Virus record (IMG/VR): IMGVR_UViG_3300033150_001234
Location: 1 to 64,000 of that record
Length of the DNA stretch: 64,000 bases
Source of the DNA: a virus
Direction: 5' to 3' (one strand)
Below, one piece after another: positions 1 to 9,616 of this stretch. The position numbers and the translations under genes were made by a program. Numbering within the stretch: position 1 is the first letter of the stretch; each line of letters opens with the position of its first letter. Under the pieces are notes generated by a model, which was not told where the DNA came from, made no database searches, and saw only the letters and a list, made by a program, of their open reading frames with translations.

Positions 1-2
1 CG

Positions 3-1235
3 AAACACCCTAATGCTGATAGATTATCAATAGTCACTATCAAGGGATGGCATTGCATCGTAGGCTTGAACGACTATGTCGTGGGAGATGCGATAATCTT
101 TATACCTCCTGATAGTATTATGCCTTCAAATTTAATAGACGAGTATAATTTAGAATATTTGAAATCGAAAAGTCATAGGTCTCAAGGAAGGGTAAGAACG
201 GTAAAATTAAGAGGATGTATAAGTCAAGGATTAGTAATGCCATTATCTATTTTAAATAAAGGAAAACCTTGTAGATTAAAATTAGGAGGAATAGTAAGTA
301 ACATGAGTGATAAAGTAGTATATCCAAAATTCGGTTATGGTACTAATGTAGCTGAACTTTTAGGTATAACAAAATATGAACCCAGGGAACCAAGTTTTCA
401 AATGTTTAAACCTAAAATAACTGTAGGTAAGTTATTTAAGATGTTAGTAAAAAAAGAAATAACACTAAGAAGATTTATATTTAAAACAATAGGAATTATA
501 AAAGATTCTTTTAGAAAGAAAAAGAATATAAACCCTAATTTTAATCAATATACACATATCGAAAACATAAAACATTATAACACTGTTTTTGAGTTGGGAG
601 ATGTAGTTGACATAAGTGAAAAGATTCACGGTACAAATTTTAGGGCAGGTGTATTGAGAAAAGAATATAAAATACCAATGTGTTTTAAAAAGATATGCCA
701 AAAATGGTTTGGAGAATATGAATTTGTATATGGCAGTCATAAGGTTCAGATAACAGGTCATAGAGGTAGAAATTGTTTTTACGGAGAAGATGTATACGGT
801 CAGATAGCAAAAAGATATCAATTGAAGGACATCATACTCGAAGGGTATATAATATATGGAGAGATATATGGTAAGGGAATACAAAAGGGATACAACTACG
901 GATTACCAAGCGAATTAAGAGAATATGATATTGATGTAGTTTTCTTTGACCTTAAGAAAGATGGAGAATACGTATCTCACTATGAGTTTTATGAATTTTG
1001 TAGGGATAGAAAACTACCAACAGTACCAATACTATATCAGGGAATGTATCCCGGATTAGATAAAGTAAAAGAAATGACTAAAGGTAACTCAGTATTATGT
1101 GAAGAACAAAAGATGAGAGAGGGCGTTGTAGTAAAAAGCTACGTAGAAGAAAATAACCATAACTGCGGTAGGAAGATATTGAAAGCAATAAGCGAAGATT
1201 ATTTACTAATAAAAGACAATACAGAATTTCATTAA
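3..1235 (+). CDS. RNA ligase, DRB0094/Rnl5-like (5'-truncated by window edge)
   Basis: Frame is open from nt 3 (KHPNADRL...GW, typical N-terminal OB domain), then RVRTVKLRG-SQGL; nucleotidyltransferase motifs EKIHGTN, YGEIYG, FFDL, REGVVVK, ILKAISEDYLL. Confidence 0.9.
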   Translation, partial: KHPNADRLSIVTIKGWHCIVGLNDYVVGDAIIFIPPDSIMPSNLIDEYNLEYLKSKSHRSQGRVRTVKLRGCISQGLVMPLSILNKGKPCRLKLGGIVSNMSDKVVYPKFGYGTNVAELLGITKYEPREPSFQMFKPKITVGKLFKMLVKKEITLRRFIFKTIGIIKDSFRKKKNINPNFNQYTHIENIKHYNTVFELGDVVDISEKIHGTNFRAGVLRKEYKIPMCFKKICQKWFGEYEFVYGSHKVQITGHRGRNCFYGEDVYGQIAKRYQLKDIILEGYIIYGEIYGKGIQKGYNYGLPSELREYDIDVVFFDLKKDGEYVSHYEFYEFCRDRKLPTVPILYQGMYPGLDKVKEMTKGNSVLCEEQKMREGVVVKSYVEENNHNCGRKILKAISEDYLLIKDNTEFH

Positions 1236-1247
1236 GGGGGAAAAATA

Positions 1248-2626
1248 ATGACATTAGAAGAACAAAAAAACTTTATTTCTAATTTAGACCGTGCAACAAA
1301 AATAGTAAAATCTTGGCCAAAATGGAAACAAGATGTGTTAGCCGAAGCAATGGATGGTAATTATAAAAAATGTAATCATAAGGAGGGTAAGAATATGGAA
1401 GGAAAATATGAAGATAAGTTAGTAACTAGATTAATATATATCTATAAGCAAGTAGTAGACACTGCTAAATTGTTAGGAGATTTAAGAGAAGATGCTGAAG
1501 AGGTACAACCCGCAGAACCTATTCTACATTGTTTTAATTTAGTTGATATGATTGAAGCAAGGATTAGGTATATTGATGAGCAGGTCAAACATTTAAGATA
1601 GGTAGAAAAGGAGAGAAATAAAATAATGAAAAAGGCGATAAAATGGGTAGAGAAGTTAGAGTGGAACGAATTTAGAACTTCTGGTTTATTATGGTTTGTA
1701 AATAGAACTCTTCATCTATTTGGAAGAGCTATAGTATTCGACTACTATCGAAATGGAAAACTTAAAGAAGTATATTATGCTAAGTGCAAATTTAGAGGTT
1801 TTGGAGCATCGGCTGAAATAAAGGGGTTTAAAGCAGTTACTAAATTTTTAAAGAAAAATGTATCTTGTCTTAGCAAAGATACCTATCTTTAAGGAGGAAA
1901 AGTAATGTTAAATTCGTATGATTGTAAGGTAATAGATAGGGCAATAAGTTTAAAAAATAAATATTATTGTAGATATAATGAATACCCAAGGTTTTTACTT
2001 TTAGGCCAAACTGAAATGAAACAATTAATGGCATTTTGTGGCGCAACATCTGCAGAGGATATGAAAAAACTACATATAGCAAATATGTATATAAGGATAT
2101 CTTTAGAGGTAAAACACATGTCAGTAGTGGGAAAGGGGTATATGGAAGAACAATATGTAAAGAAAGAAGATATTTTACCAGGGTCATCTATGAAAGAGTT
2201 GGCAGACGGATGTTATAAAATGGCACAATGTGGTATAAGTATTGATGGAAAAGATTTAGGTAAAGCAGATGTTGAAATGACTTTAGAAGAAAGAAAAGAA
2301 GATATAAAAGATAAATTAATACATACATTTATGTATATAATAAGAATAATTAGATATATTAAACAATTTTTTAAATGGTTATTTAGGAGAGAAATAAAAT
2401 GAAATACAAAGACAAAAATGATTTTGCTGAAAAAGTGATTAATAAAATATCATTTGTTCAAAATTTAAACATTAAAGTGCGAGTTACTGAACATTCAATA
2501 GGTTATAGACCACTAGAAGGCGAAACATTTAATGGCGGTAATGAGATTACCCAATCTTTGATGGATAATTTAGGTGGAATAATTAATGGTTTGAGATATG
2601 CATATGAAAAATTAAAAAATAAATAA
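1248..2626 (+). CDS. Four small hypothetical phage proteins (1248-1601, 1626-1892, 1905-2402, 2399-2626)
   Basis: Tightly packed ORFs, mostly with GGGG/GGAG RBS; no recognisable motif. Confidence 0.65.
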
Positions 2627-2636
2627 TATGTAAAGC

Positions 2637-2665
2637 TTGTCAAAAAGGTAGAAATGATATATAAT
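2637..2665 (+). promoter_or_regulatory. sigma70-like promoter upstream of tRNA-Ala
   Basis: TTGTCA-17 nt-TATAAT in an intergenic gap. Confidence 0.75.
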
Positions 2666-2709
2666 AGAATTAGATGAATATTTTAAGAGGAGTGTTAACC
2701 TTTCAACCA

Positions 2710-2786
2710 GGGAGCGCATGTACCAAGGGTGGCGAGATTGCTTTGCAAGCAAACTGAGGTGGGTTCGATTCCCACCGTTTCCACCA
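2710..2786 (+). tRNA. tRNA-Ala(TGC), encoded CCA
   Basis: Acceptor GGGAGCG/CGTTTCC with G3:U70 alanine determinant, discriminator A plus CCA, anticodon loop TT-TGC-AA, T arm GTGGG-TTCGATT-CCCAC; atypical D arm. Confidence 0.88.
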
Positions 2787-2932
2787 ATCAAGGAGTATTA
2801 TGCAAAAATTTATCAGAAAAATAAAATATCGGTTACAAAATAAATGTTTAATGTGTGGGAGAAAAAAGATTTTATGGGGTTATTATTCAGGTGCGATGGT
2901 TTGTCCAAAACATGATTTAATTTAGGAGTATT

Positions 2933-3795
2933 ATGACAATAGACCAAAAATTAGAAATTATTTTAAATAAAGTTTTACCTAAAAAAAGTAAGATAAAATT
3001 AATGGTAGCACCTATACCTACAAGTAAAGGTTATTTTATTCAATTAGTAAAAAACCATATTGGTTTAGAGCATTTTTATATACCTTTTAGGGTAGCCGAA
3101 AGATTAATAGGAGGAAAGTAATGGTAACATATAAATTTCCATATAATGTATTTGAACGTGTAAATATATTAGCTATAAATATTGTTGGTAGAATTACTTG
3201 TATTAAAATTTCTGGTTCAGATATTTATTATATGGTAGAATATTGGTGGGATTGTAATATAAAGATAGTTTCCTTAATGGAAGATGAACTTGAAAAAATG
3301 GAGAAAGTAGAACCAAAATAATGATAACAAAGAAATTAAAAGAAACTTTACAAAATCCAATTAAATTTACTACATTAGCTTTAGCGATTACAATGTTTGA
3401 AAAATGTGTAAAAATATTTTATGAAAGCGGAATTAGTGAAAAAGCAATTTCATTTATAGCAGTAGGATTAGATAAAATTAGTGCGGAAATAAAAGAAGGT
3501 TATAAAGATATAAAAAATAAAGAAGATTTTAATGCATTAATGAAAGATAATTTTAAGAAAGGAAAAAATGAAAAACGCTGACGTAATGTGCCGACATTGT
3601 AACTATATATTTGATAGTAAGATATATGAAGTGGAAGAAGAGGTAGGGGCATTAGATAAAGCTTTTGAAGAAAATGAAACTATAAAAATAATGAATTGTC
3701 CAAGATGCGGTAAACCAAACAAAATCTATTATTTTAAAGATATAGTATTTTTAGCAGATAAGATTAAGGAGAAAAATGAAAAGGATAAAAGTTAA
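2933..3795 (+). CDS. Four small hypothetical proteins (2933-3121, 3121-3321, 3321-3581, 3568-3795; the last is a CxxC..CxxC zinc ribbon)
   Basis: TAATG-coupled or overlapping ORFs; CRHC and CPRC in the last. Confidence 0.65.
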
Positions 3796-4321
3796 ATCAA
3801 GTAATATAGAATCAATTGGGTATGAATTATCCTTAGCTGAAAGTGCTCCTATAGTACAAGAGAGATTAGGTACATTAGAAGTAGAATTCAGGGGTGGCAA
3901 GGTTTACCAATATATATATGTACCAGAAACCCAATACAATCAACTAATGAAAGCAGAATCAATAGGTAAATTCTTTGCAGCTAATATTAAGACAGGGGGA
4001 TATGCGTTTAAGAAAGTTGAAGAAGTAAAAGAAGGTTCAAAAAGGCCATTAGAAGCAGGGGCATCAAAGGCTAGAAGGGTAGACCCGAATGCTAAAAATC
4101 CTTTCGTAGAAGAAACTGAAAAAAATAAATGGCAAGAAGAATTTGAAGATGAAATAAAATTATTTTTAGGTATGAATGGAATAACATTAATTAATAGTAA
4201 TATAGAAAAGGTATTTTCCAAGTATATTGGGCGCTTACCATCAGTAGAAGGAAGTAATAATATCAAGGTAAGAATTAAATGTAAAGATGGAATGATACAA
4301 ATAGAAAGAATACACCAATGA
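3776..4321 (+). CDS. KTSC domain protein with C-terminal extension
   Basis: VKSSNIESIGY...LEVEFRGGKVYQY..VP...Y..LMKAESIGKFF. Confidence 0.88.
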   Translation: MKRIKVKSSNIESIGYELSLAESAPIVQERLGTLEVEFRGGKVYQYIYVPETQYNQLMKAESIGKFFAANIKTGGYAFKKVEEVKEGSKRPLEAGASKARRVDPNAKNPFVEETEKNKWQEEFEDEIKLFLGMNGITLINSNIEKVFSKYIGRLPSVEGSNNIKVRIKCKDGMIQIERIHQ

Positions 4322-4507
4322 ATAATTGCTCTAAAGAAAAAGAAAGTTTAGTTTATTTAGTAAAAGAATTATTTAAAATGTTAGATGCGAAAGAAGAATC
4401 AGATAATGGAAGAGTATTTAGACCAACTAATATTGAAACATGTAGAGTTTTACACTCCGTTAAATTAAAAGAAATACTACCAAAAATTAGAGAATTAGTG
4501 AAAGGTA

Positions 4508-4624
4508 ATGATGAAAACTAATATAATCATACTATTAATATTAAACTTTAGAAAAGGCATTAATATAATCATAGGCCAAACCGGTAGCGGTAAAGAGGAA
4601 TTATTAATTGCGTGGGAAAAATAA
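4508..4624 (+). pseudogene. 38-codon remnant of an SbcC/Rad50-like ABC ATPase N-terminus
   Basis: My translation: MMKTNIIILLILNFRKGINIIIGQTGSGKEELLIAWEK*; Walker A in SMC-type context then stop. Confidence 0.5.
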
Positions 4625-4625
4625 A

Positions 4626-5180
4626 ATGAATATATGGTTCACAGCAGATTTACATTTTGGGCACGGTAATATTATTAAATACTGTAATAGACCCTTTAGT
4701 AGTTTAGAAGAAATGCATATGTTGTTAATACGTAATTGGAATAGCAGAGTAAAGAAAGAAGATTTAGTAATACATAATGGAGATTTCTGTTTTAAGAATA
4801 CGCCAGGTGGAAAAATAGGTGAAGGATTACAAGTACCTGCAGCATATTGGGAAAAACAACTTAATGGTAAAATTATATTCATACAGGGTAATCACGATAA
4901 AAATAATTCATGTAAGACGCCAATACAAAACATAAAAGTGGCGATGGGGGGTAAAAGAATATTTATAACACACAATCCTGAACATGTGGGTATAGTAACG
5001 GGATGTGATTTAGCATTTACGGGACATGTACATAATAATTGGAAAATTAAAAGGGCAAAAAGAATGTTTGATTTTATTGACTGTATCAATATAGGTGTAG
5101 ATGTTTGGAAGTTCAGACCAGTTAGTTTTAATGAGATAATGGGTAGGTACAATAAATGGAAGAAATTAACGAACCGTTAA
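4626..5180 (+). CDS. Calcineurin-like metallophosphoesterase
   Basis: WFTADLHFGH, NGDF, GNHD, THNP, GHVH, INIGVD motifs; ATG at 4626 preferred over 4608. Confidence 0.92.
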   Translation: MNIWFTADLHFGHGNIIKYCNRPFSSLEEMHMLLIRNWNSRVKKEDLVIHNGDFCFKNTPGGKIGEGLQVPAAYWEKQLNGKIIFIQGNHDKNNSCKTPIQNIKVAMGGKRIFITHNPEHVGIVTGCDLAFTGHVHNNWKIKRAKRMFDFIDCINIGVDVWKFRPVSFNEIMGRYNKWKKLTNR

Positions 5181-5308
5181 AATTTTTAGAGTGTAATAGG
5201 TGCGGATACGAAGATTTAGTAGATAATTTTCCTTTAAATAAGAAGGAATCATATAAGTATTGTCCATTTTGTAATAGTACAGACTTGGGAGAGTTTGAAA
5301 CAAATTAA
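5156..5308 (+). CDS. Small zinc-ribbon protein (50 aa, not in ORF track)
   Basis: CNRCG...CPFCNS. Confidence 0.6.
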   Translation: MEEINEPLKFLECNRCGYEDLVDNFPLNKKESYKYCPFCNSTDLGEFETN

Positions 5309-5353
5309 CAAAGGTATATAATACTTATATAAGATTCTAAAAGGAGGTGTAAC

Positions 5354-5554
5354 ATGGCAGATGCAGTTAGACGCGGTGGTAAGAAAGGTAGAAAAATTGG
5401 TAGAAATGCTGCTAAGTGTAAAAAATATAGTACTGAAAAAAGACGTATAAAGAATAAAAGAAGAAAATTAACCAAGAGAATAAAAAATATAAAGCCTGAA
5501 ACACAGGAAAAAATATTGAGGGTTAATAAAATAGGTAGGAGGAAAGAAGGTTAA
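5354..5554 (+). CDS. Very basic small protein
   Basis: Strong AGGAGGT RBS; K/R-rich; preceded by TTGAAA-16-TATAAT at 5295-5322. Confidence 0.75.
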   Translation: MADAVRRGGKKGRKIGRNAAKCKKYSTEKRRIKNKRRKLTKRIKNIKPETQEKILRVNKIGRRKEG

Positions 5555-6066
5555 TGGGACCAATAGAAAAAAGAGCTTTAGAAATATTAAATAGTTTAGA
5601 TGGTTTTTTAGATATTCCAGCATCTATAAGTGGAAAATATCATTATGGGGAAAACATGGAAGACCATTTAATTAAGGTAGTAAAAATTATTAAAGATTTA
5701 TGTAGGGAATTTAAAGTAAGTGAAGAAGATACTGATATGTTATCAGCTGTAGGTTGGTTACATGATATAGGTAGATATATTATAACTGCTAAAGGTGATG
5801 TGAGTAAAAAAGCAAGTAACTGGACTTATTTTGAAAAGACAGGTTACAGTAGACAGAATGATATGATGGAAAAACACCCCATAATAGGAAGTAGAATGTT
5901 GTTAGAAAGTGATAAAAATATTCCCAGAAAAAAGGAAATTCAAAGATTAATAGAAATACATATGAGTCATTGGTATCCAGAACAACCTCAACCCGATTTA
6001 ACTAATTTATTTGAAATAATAATTTGTACGTCTGATTATTTAGCTTCGAGGAAAAAGTATGATTAA
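5554..6066 (+). CDS. HD-domain phosphohydrolase
   Basis: H...LHDIG...HP..G...HMSHW...SDYLAS. Confidence 0.85.
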   Translation: MGPIEKRALEILNSLDGFLDIPASISGKYHYGENMEDHLIKVVKIIKDLCREFKVSEEDTDMLSAVGWLHDIGRYIITAKGDVSKKASNWTYFEKTGYSRQNDMMEKHPIIGSRMLLESDKNIPRKKEIQRLIEIHMSHWYPEQPQPDLTNLFEIIICTSDYLASRKKYD

Positions 6067-6433
6067 CTACTATATAGGTCAAAGGTTTAAATTTAAAACA
6101 ATAATATGGGATGATAAGATATCAAAAAATAATTGTAGAATAACAAGAAAAGCTATGCGAAAAGCAGCAAAACAATTTAGTGGCACTATACCACTAACAA
6201 TTGATTTTAGAGTAGATAAAAAAAATCCAGTCATAGGACATATAGATAAGATTACGTATGAAGACGGTGTACTAATAGCGGATGTAAATGTCGGCGTTAA
6301 GGAATTAGAAGAGTGGTTTAGAAGTAGTGTTTTTAGACCCGCCATGCTAGTAAGAAAATATGGTAAGTCGAGAGAGATAACCGTCATCGAGGAGGGTGAA
6401 ATTACCCAGATAGGAATGATACTAAAAAAATGA
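6059..6433 (+). CDS. Hypothetical protein, weak prohead-protease-like fold
   Basis: IPLTIDF...VIGHIDKITYEDGVLIADV pattern. Confidence 0.35.
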   Translation: MINYYIGQRFKFKTIIWDDKISKNNCRITRKAMRKAAKQFSGTIPLTIDFRVDKKNPVIGHIDKITYEDGVLIADVNVGVKELEEWFRSSVFRPAMLVRKYGKSREITVIEEGEITQIGMILKK

Positions 6434-7029
6434 TAGAATTAATAATACTAGTAGGAAATATAGGTAGTGGAAAATCAACTACTGTTAAAAAATTAGTTAA
6501 AGAAGGCTATATTGTAATTTCCAGAGATGCTTTTAGATATATGATAGGAGCAGGCGAATATATATTCAATCCAAAACTCGAACCAATAATTCATAACATG
6601 AATATCGATTGTCTTATTAGATGTTTGCAAGTAGGTTTAGACGTAGTAGTAGATGAAACAAATGTATCAAGAGGAATGAGAAAAAGATATCTTGAATTAG
6701 GTAATGATTATGGATATATAACAACTGCATTAGTAATGCCAAGATTAAGTATGAAAGAAGCAGTTGATAGAAGAATGAATGACCCTCACGGTCAACCTGA
6801 TAGGAAAATGTGGGAAGGTGTTTGGAAAAAATTTGAAAGTAAATATTGTGAACCCACCATTGAAGAAGGATTCAATAAAGTTATCAAGTCAGGATACCAT
6901 AATATATGTAGTTTATATCCAACACCAGATGAGGAGACTTGTGTATGTGGTGGGGGCTCAGATATAAGTGGTGGAGAACCATGCACTAAAGAAGATGAGC
7001 GTAACTGCCCATGGGCGAAGATACCTTGA
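6430..7029 (+). CDS. Polynucleotide kinase-like P-loop kinase (AAA_33) with Cys-rich tail
   Basis: LIILVGNIGSGKST, SRDAFR, VVVDETN, AVDRR lid. Confidence 0.85.
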   Translation: MIELIILVGNIGSGKSTTVKKLVKEGYIVISRDAFRYMIGAGEYIFNPKLEPIIHNMNIDCLIRCLQVGLDVVVDETNVSRGMRKRYLELGNDYGYITTALVMPRLSMKEAVDRRMNDPHGQPDRKMWEGVWKKFESKYCEPTIEEGFNKVIKSGYHNICSLYPTPDEETCVCGGGSDISGGEPCTKEDERNCPWAKIP

Positions 7030-7242
7030 TATTTACAAACTAGAGGAGATAGATAATGAAACTATCAAAAGGCGAATATAAAATAAATATATCGAGTGTA
7101 ATTGCATTCCCAATTGGTATAATTGCCTTAATACATACGTCAGGTACAAATTTATTTTGGGTAATCCTTTTAATTATATTATACCATAGTAAATTTTACT
7201 TTAAGTGGGAGGAGCATAAGTCATAGGTTAATTATCGTTCCT

Positions 7243-7388
7243 TTTGTGCGCCAAATCAACCCCTACCAAAAATAAATATTCCTCATTGTCCTAAGTTGTT
7301 TAGTATCAATGGCTTAGAGACACAATCTTTTTAACAATAAGTTGTCAATTCTCCACAGTTATGGTATAATAGAATTGACGGTAAAGGA
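7243..7388 (+). repeat. Regulatory repeat copy A (palindrome plus promoter); copy B at 60240-60385
   Basis: 146 nt ungapped, 12 mismatches by hand count (~92%). Confidence 0.95.
7342..7370 (+). promoter_or_regulatory. Strong early promoter with extended -10
   Basis: TTGTCA-17 nt-(TGn)TATAAT, bracketed by inverted repeat GTCAATTCT/AGAATTGAC. Confidence 0.85.
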
Positions 7389-7428
7389 CACGGTTAAAAG
7401 GAAACAATAACAAGAGGAGGGTTTTAAA

Positions 7429-8102
7429 ATGAAAAAATTTATTTTATCATTAGCAGGCAAAGTTATAAAAGAGAATATATGGATTGAAAGAGTTAATAAT
7501 AAAACATATCGGATAATAGCTCGAGGCGATTTTTATAATATTTATTTGTTTGTTGTTTTAACATTAAAACAATATTTTAACGTGAGTTTTGATGATACTA
7601 CTACGTGTAATAATGTATGGATTATTAAACAAAAATAATATTGAAGTTAACCGTTAACAATAGGAGGATATAAAATGAAAGTAATAAATTATAAAATTAA
7701 TGGTAAAGTGTATGAAACAGACGGTATAAGTATTCGGTTAAAAAATAATCATAGAAATGGTTTTGTATATGTAAAACAATTATCAAAAAAACATCAAGAT
7801 GGTATTAATTTAAAAATAAGTCATATAAAATGAAAACAATCAAAAAGGAGGATAGAATGAAAAAGCAAAATAAACAGATAAAGTTATTAACCGCTATCCA
7901 GGGGGTATCTCTTACGGGTGAAAAGTTTAGAGTGCCACGAGGTACTAGAGGTAGAGTACTTAATGAAAATGCGAAATTTATTTCAATAGAATGGGAAAAG
8001 GATTTAGGGTTCGACAGTTTCAATAAAGACTTAACTTTAATTTTACATCATGATTTAATCTATACGCATACATACGTAGAAATTAAAATAGAAAGGATAT
8101 GA
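7429..8102 (+). CDS. Three small hypothetical early proteins (7429-7638, ~7675-7808, ~7857-8102)
   Basis: Each has an AGGAGG RBS. Confidence 0.65.
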
Positions 8103-8132
8103 TTCAGGTCAACAAAGGAGGTTTAAAATGAA
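8092..8132 (+). repeat. Leader/RBS repeat; second copy 60380-60420
   Basis: AAAGGATATGATTCAGGTCAACAAAGGAGGTTyAAAATGAA, 40/41 identical. Confidence 0.95.
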
Positions 8133-8481
8133 TAAGAAAGAAACAGTAATTAAAATTAAGGTAAAATTAGCAGATGTATTAGAGAAGGCAATGGAGCATG
8201 AATTACTCGTAACTAAAAATATGTTCAGCATTGATGTTAAAACTAGATACGATAAAGGATTAATGGGTTTGGCATCAGTGGATTTTCAAAAAGAAGACTT
8301 TAGGAATCCAGCTAATAAAACATATAGCGTAGGACGAATATCATTAGGGTGTTCAAGTTCTTGGTCAAATATTGAGGAAAAGAAAGCTATAAAAGATATT
8401 TTAACAGAGTTTAGAAAACATGAATATGCAATGCAAAAGATACGTGAATTTTTAAATGATTTATTAGAATTGACAAAATAA
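8128..8481 (+). CDS. Hypothetical early protein
   Basis: AGGAGG RBS, 117 aa. Confidence 0.75.
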   Translation: MNKKETVIKIKVKLADVLEKAMEHELLVTKNMFSIDVKTRYDKGLMGLASVDFQKEDFRNPANKTYSVGRISLGCSSSWSNIEEKKAIKDILTEFRKHEYAMQKIREFLNDLLELTK

Positions 8482-8510
8482 GTTGACAATTTTCAAAAAA
8501 TCATTATAAT
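8481..8510 (+). promoter_or_regulatory. sigma70-like promoter sharing 21 nt with the promoter at 60803
   Basis: AGTTGACAATTTTCAAAAAAT then TATAAT (16-nt spacer). Confidence 0.8.
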
Positions 8511-8530
8511 TGAATTAAAGGAGAAAAATA

Positions 8531-8923
8531 ATGGAAAAATTAAAACAAGCTTTAAAGGATTTAGGAGTAAGTAGTAAAACCATTGATGAATTAGATGAGC
8601 AAATAGATTATACTCGTTTAATAGTACATGATGAGTTTAATCGTAGAGGTGTTAAGGGAGATTATAGGAATAGAGCAATTAAGAAAATGATAAACCTAAA
8701 CCTTAACTTTAGTTCAGAACAAAATATAATTTACAATATGACTGTAGATTATATTAAAGTAATATGTCCAAAATGTAATGCAGTACTTAATGGTTCGACG
8801 GGTGGCGGAACTTATAATAGTAATAGTACACATTATAAATGTGAAAAATGTGGTACTAGGGTTATTTTAACTTTTCCAAATGACGGTATTTCAGTTCAAT
8901 TTAAAGATTCTTTAGGGTATTAA
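8531..8923 (+). CDS. Zinc-ribbon hypothetical protein
   Basis: CPKC...CEKC. Confidence 0.7.
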   Translation: MEKLKQALKDLGVSSKTIDELDEQIDYTRLIVHDEFNRRGVKGDYRNRAIKKMINLNLNFSSEQNIIYNMTVDYIKVICPKCNAVLNGSTGGGTYNSNSTHYKCEKCGTRVILTFPNDGISVQFKDSLGY

Positions 8924-8952
8924 GAAAGTTAAAAGAAAGAGGATAATAAACA

Positions 8953-9423
8953 ATGTCAAAAAACAAAAGTTATATAAGACATAAAATAGCATGTAAGGAA
9001 AAAAGAAAAAGAAAAGCAAGACTTGAAGGAAGAAGCGGATATGCAACATTAAAGGTTTATCCGGTAGATACAATATTACCATTAGTAGTAAAGAAAGACA
9101 AAGCAAATAATTACAGAAGTGTAAGAGTGGAATTAGATGGTTTTAAAGTAGTAATAGATAGCACGAGACTAAGATTATTTAAGAAGTCATTAAAGTGTGT
9201 AGAGTGTGGATTAGAGGGAAGTATATTTTTATTACAGAGAGGTAAGGGAGAGAAGAAACAACATGAACCACCGCACTTAAATTTATATGGTAAAGATTTA
9301 ACAGGTAATTTAGTATTAATGACTAAGGACCACATAATCCCAAAATCAAAAGGTGGGCATGGTTGCTTAAGTAATCTTCAAACAATGTGTACAATATGTA
9401 ATTGCAAGAAAGGAGATTCATAA
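8953..9423 (+). CDS. HNH endonuclease
   Basis: CVECG...TKDHIIPKSKGG...NLQTMCTICNCKKG. Confidence 0.9.
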   Translation: MSKNKSYIRHKIACKEKRKRKARLEGRSGYATLKVYPVDTILPLVVKKDKANNYRSVRVELDGFKVVIDSTRLRLFKKSLKCVECGLEGSIFLLQRGKGEKKQHEPPHLNLYGKDLTGNLVLMTKDHIIPKSKGGHGCLSNLQTMCTICNCKKGDS

Positions 9424-9616
9424 TGGAAACAGAGAAATGTATAGTGTGTTTAAAAAAGGCAGAGGTATATACTGGACATCTTATTGAGTATGTAGGGCAG
9501 GTTTTTGTAAAGAGCATATTGGTACGCCTTGCCCGAATAGTTACGGTAGCGGTGGTTGCTTTGGGTTATATAAACCTGAATTTGGTATACAGGTAGAGTT
9601 TGAAGATAGAATTTAG
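9423..9616 (+). pseudogene. Frameshifted small Cys/His protein
   Basis: METEKCIVCLKKAEVYTGH continues plausibly in the -1 frame at ~9495 as AGFCKEH...GCFGLYKPEFG...RI*. Confidence 0.45.
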
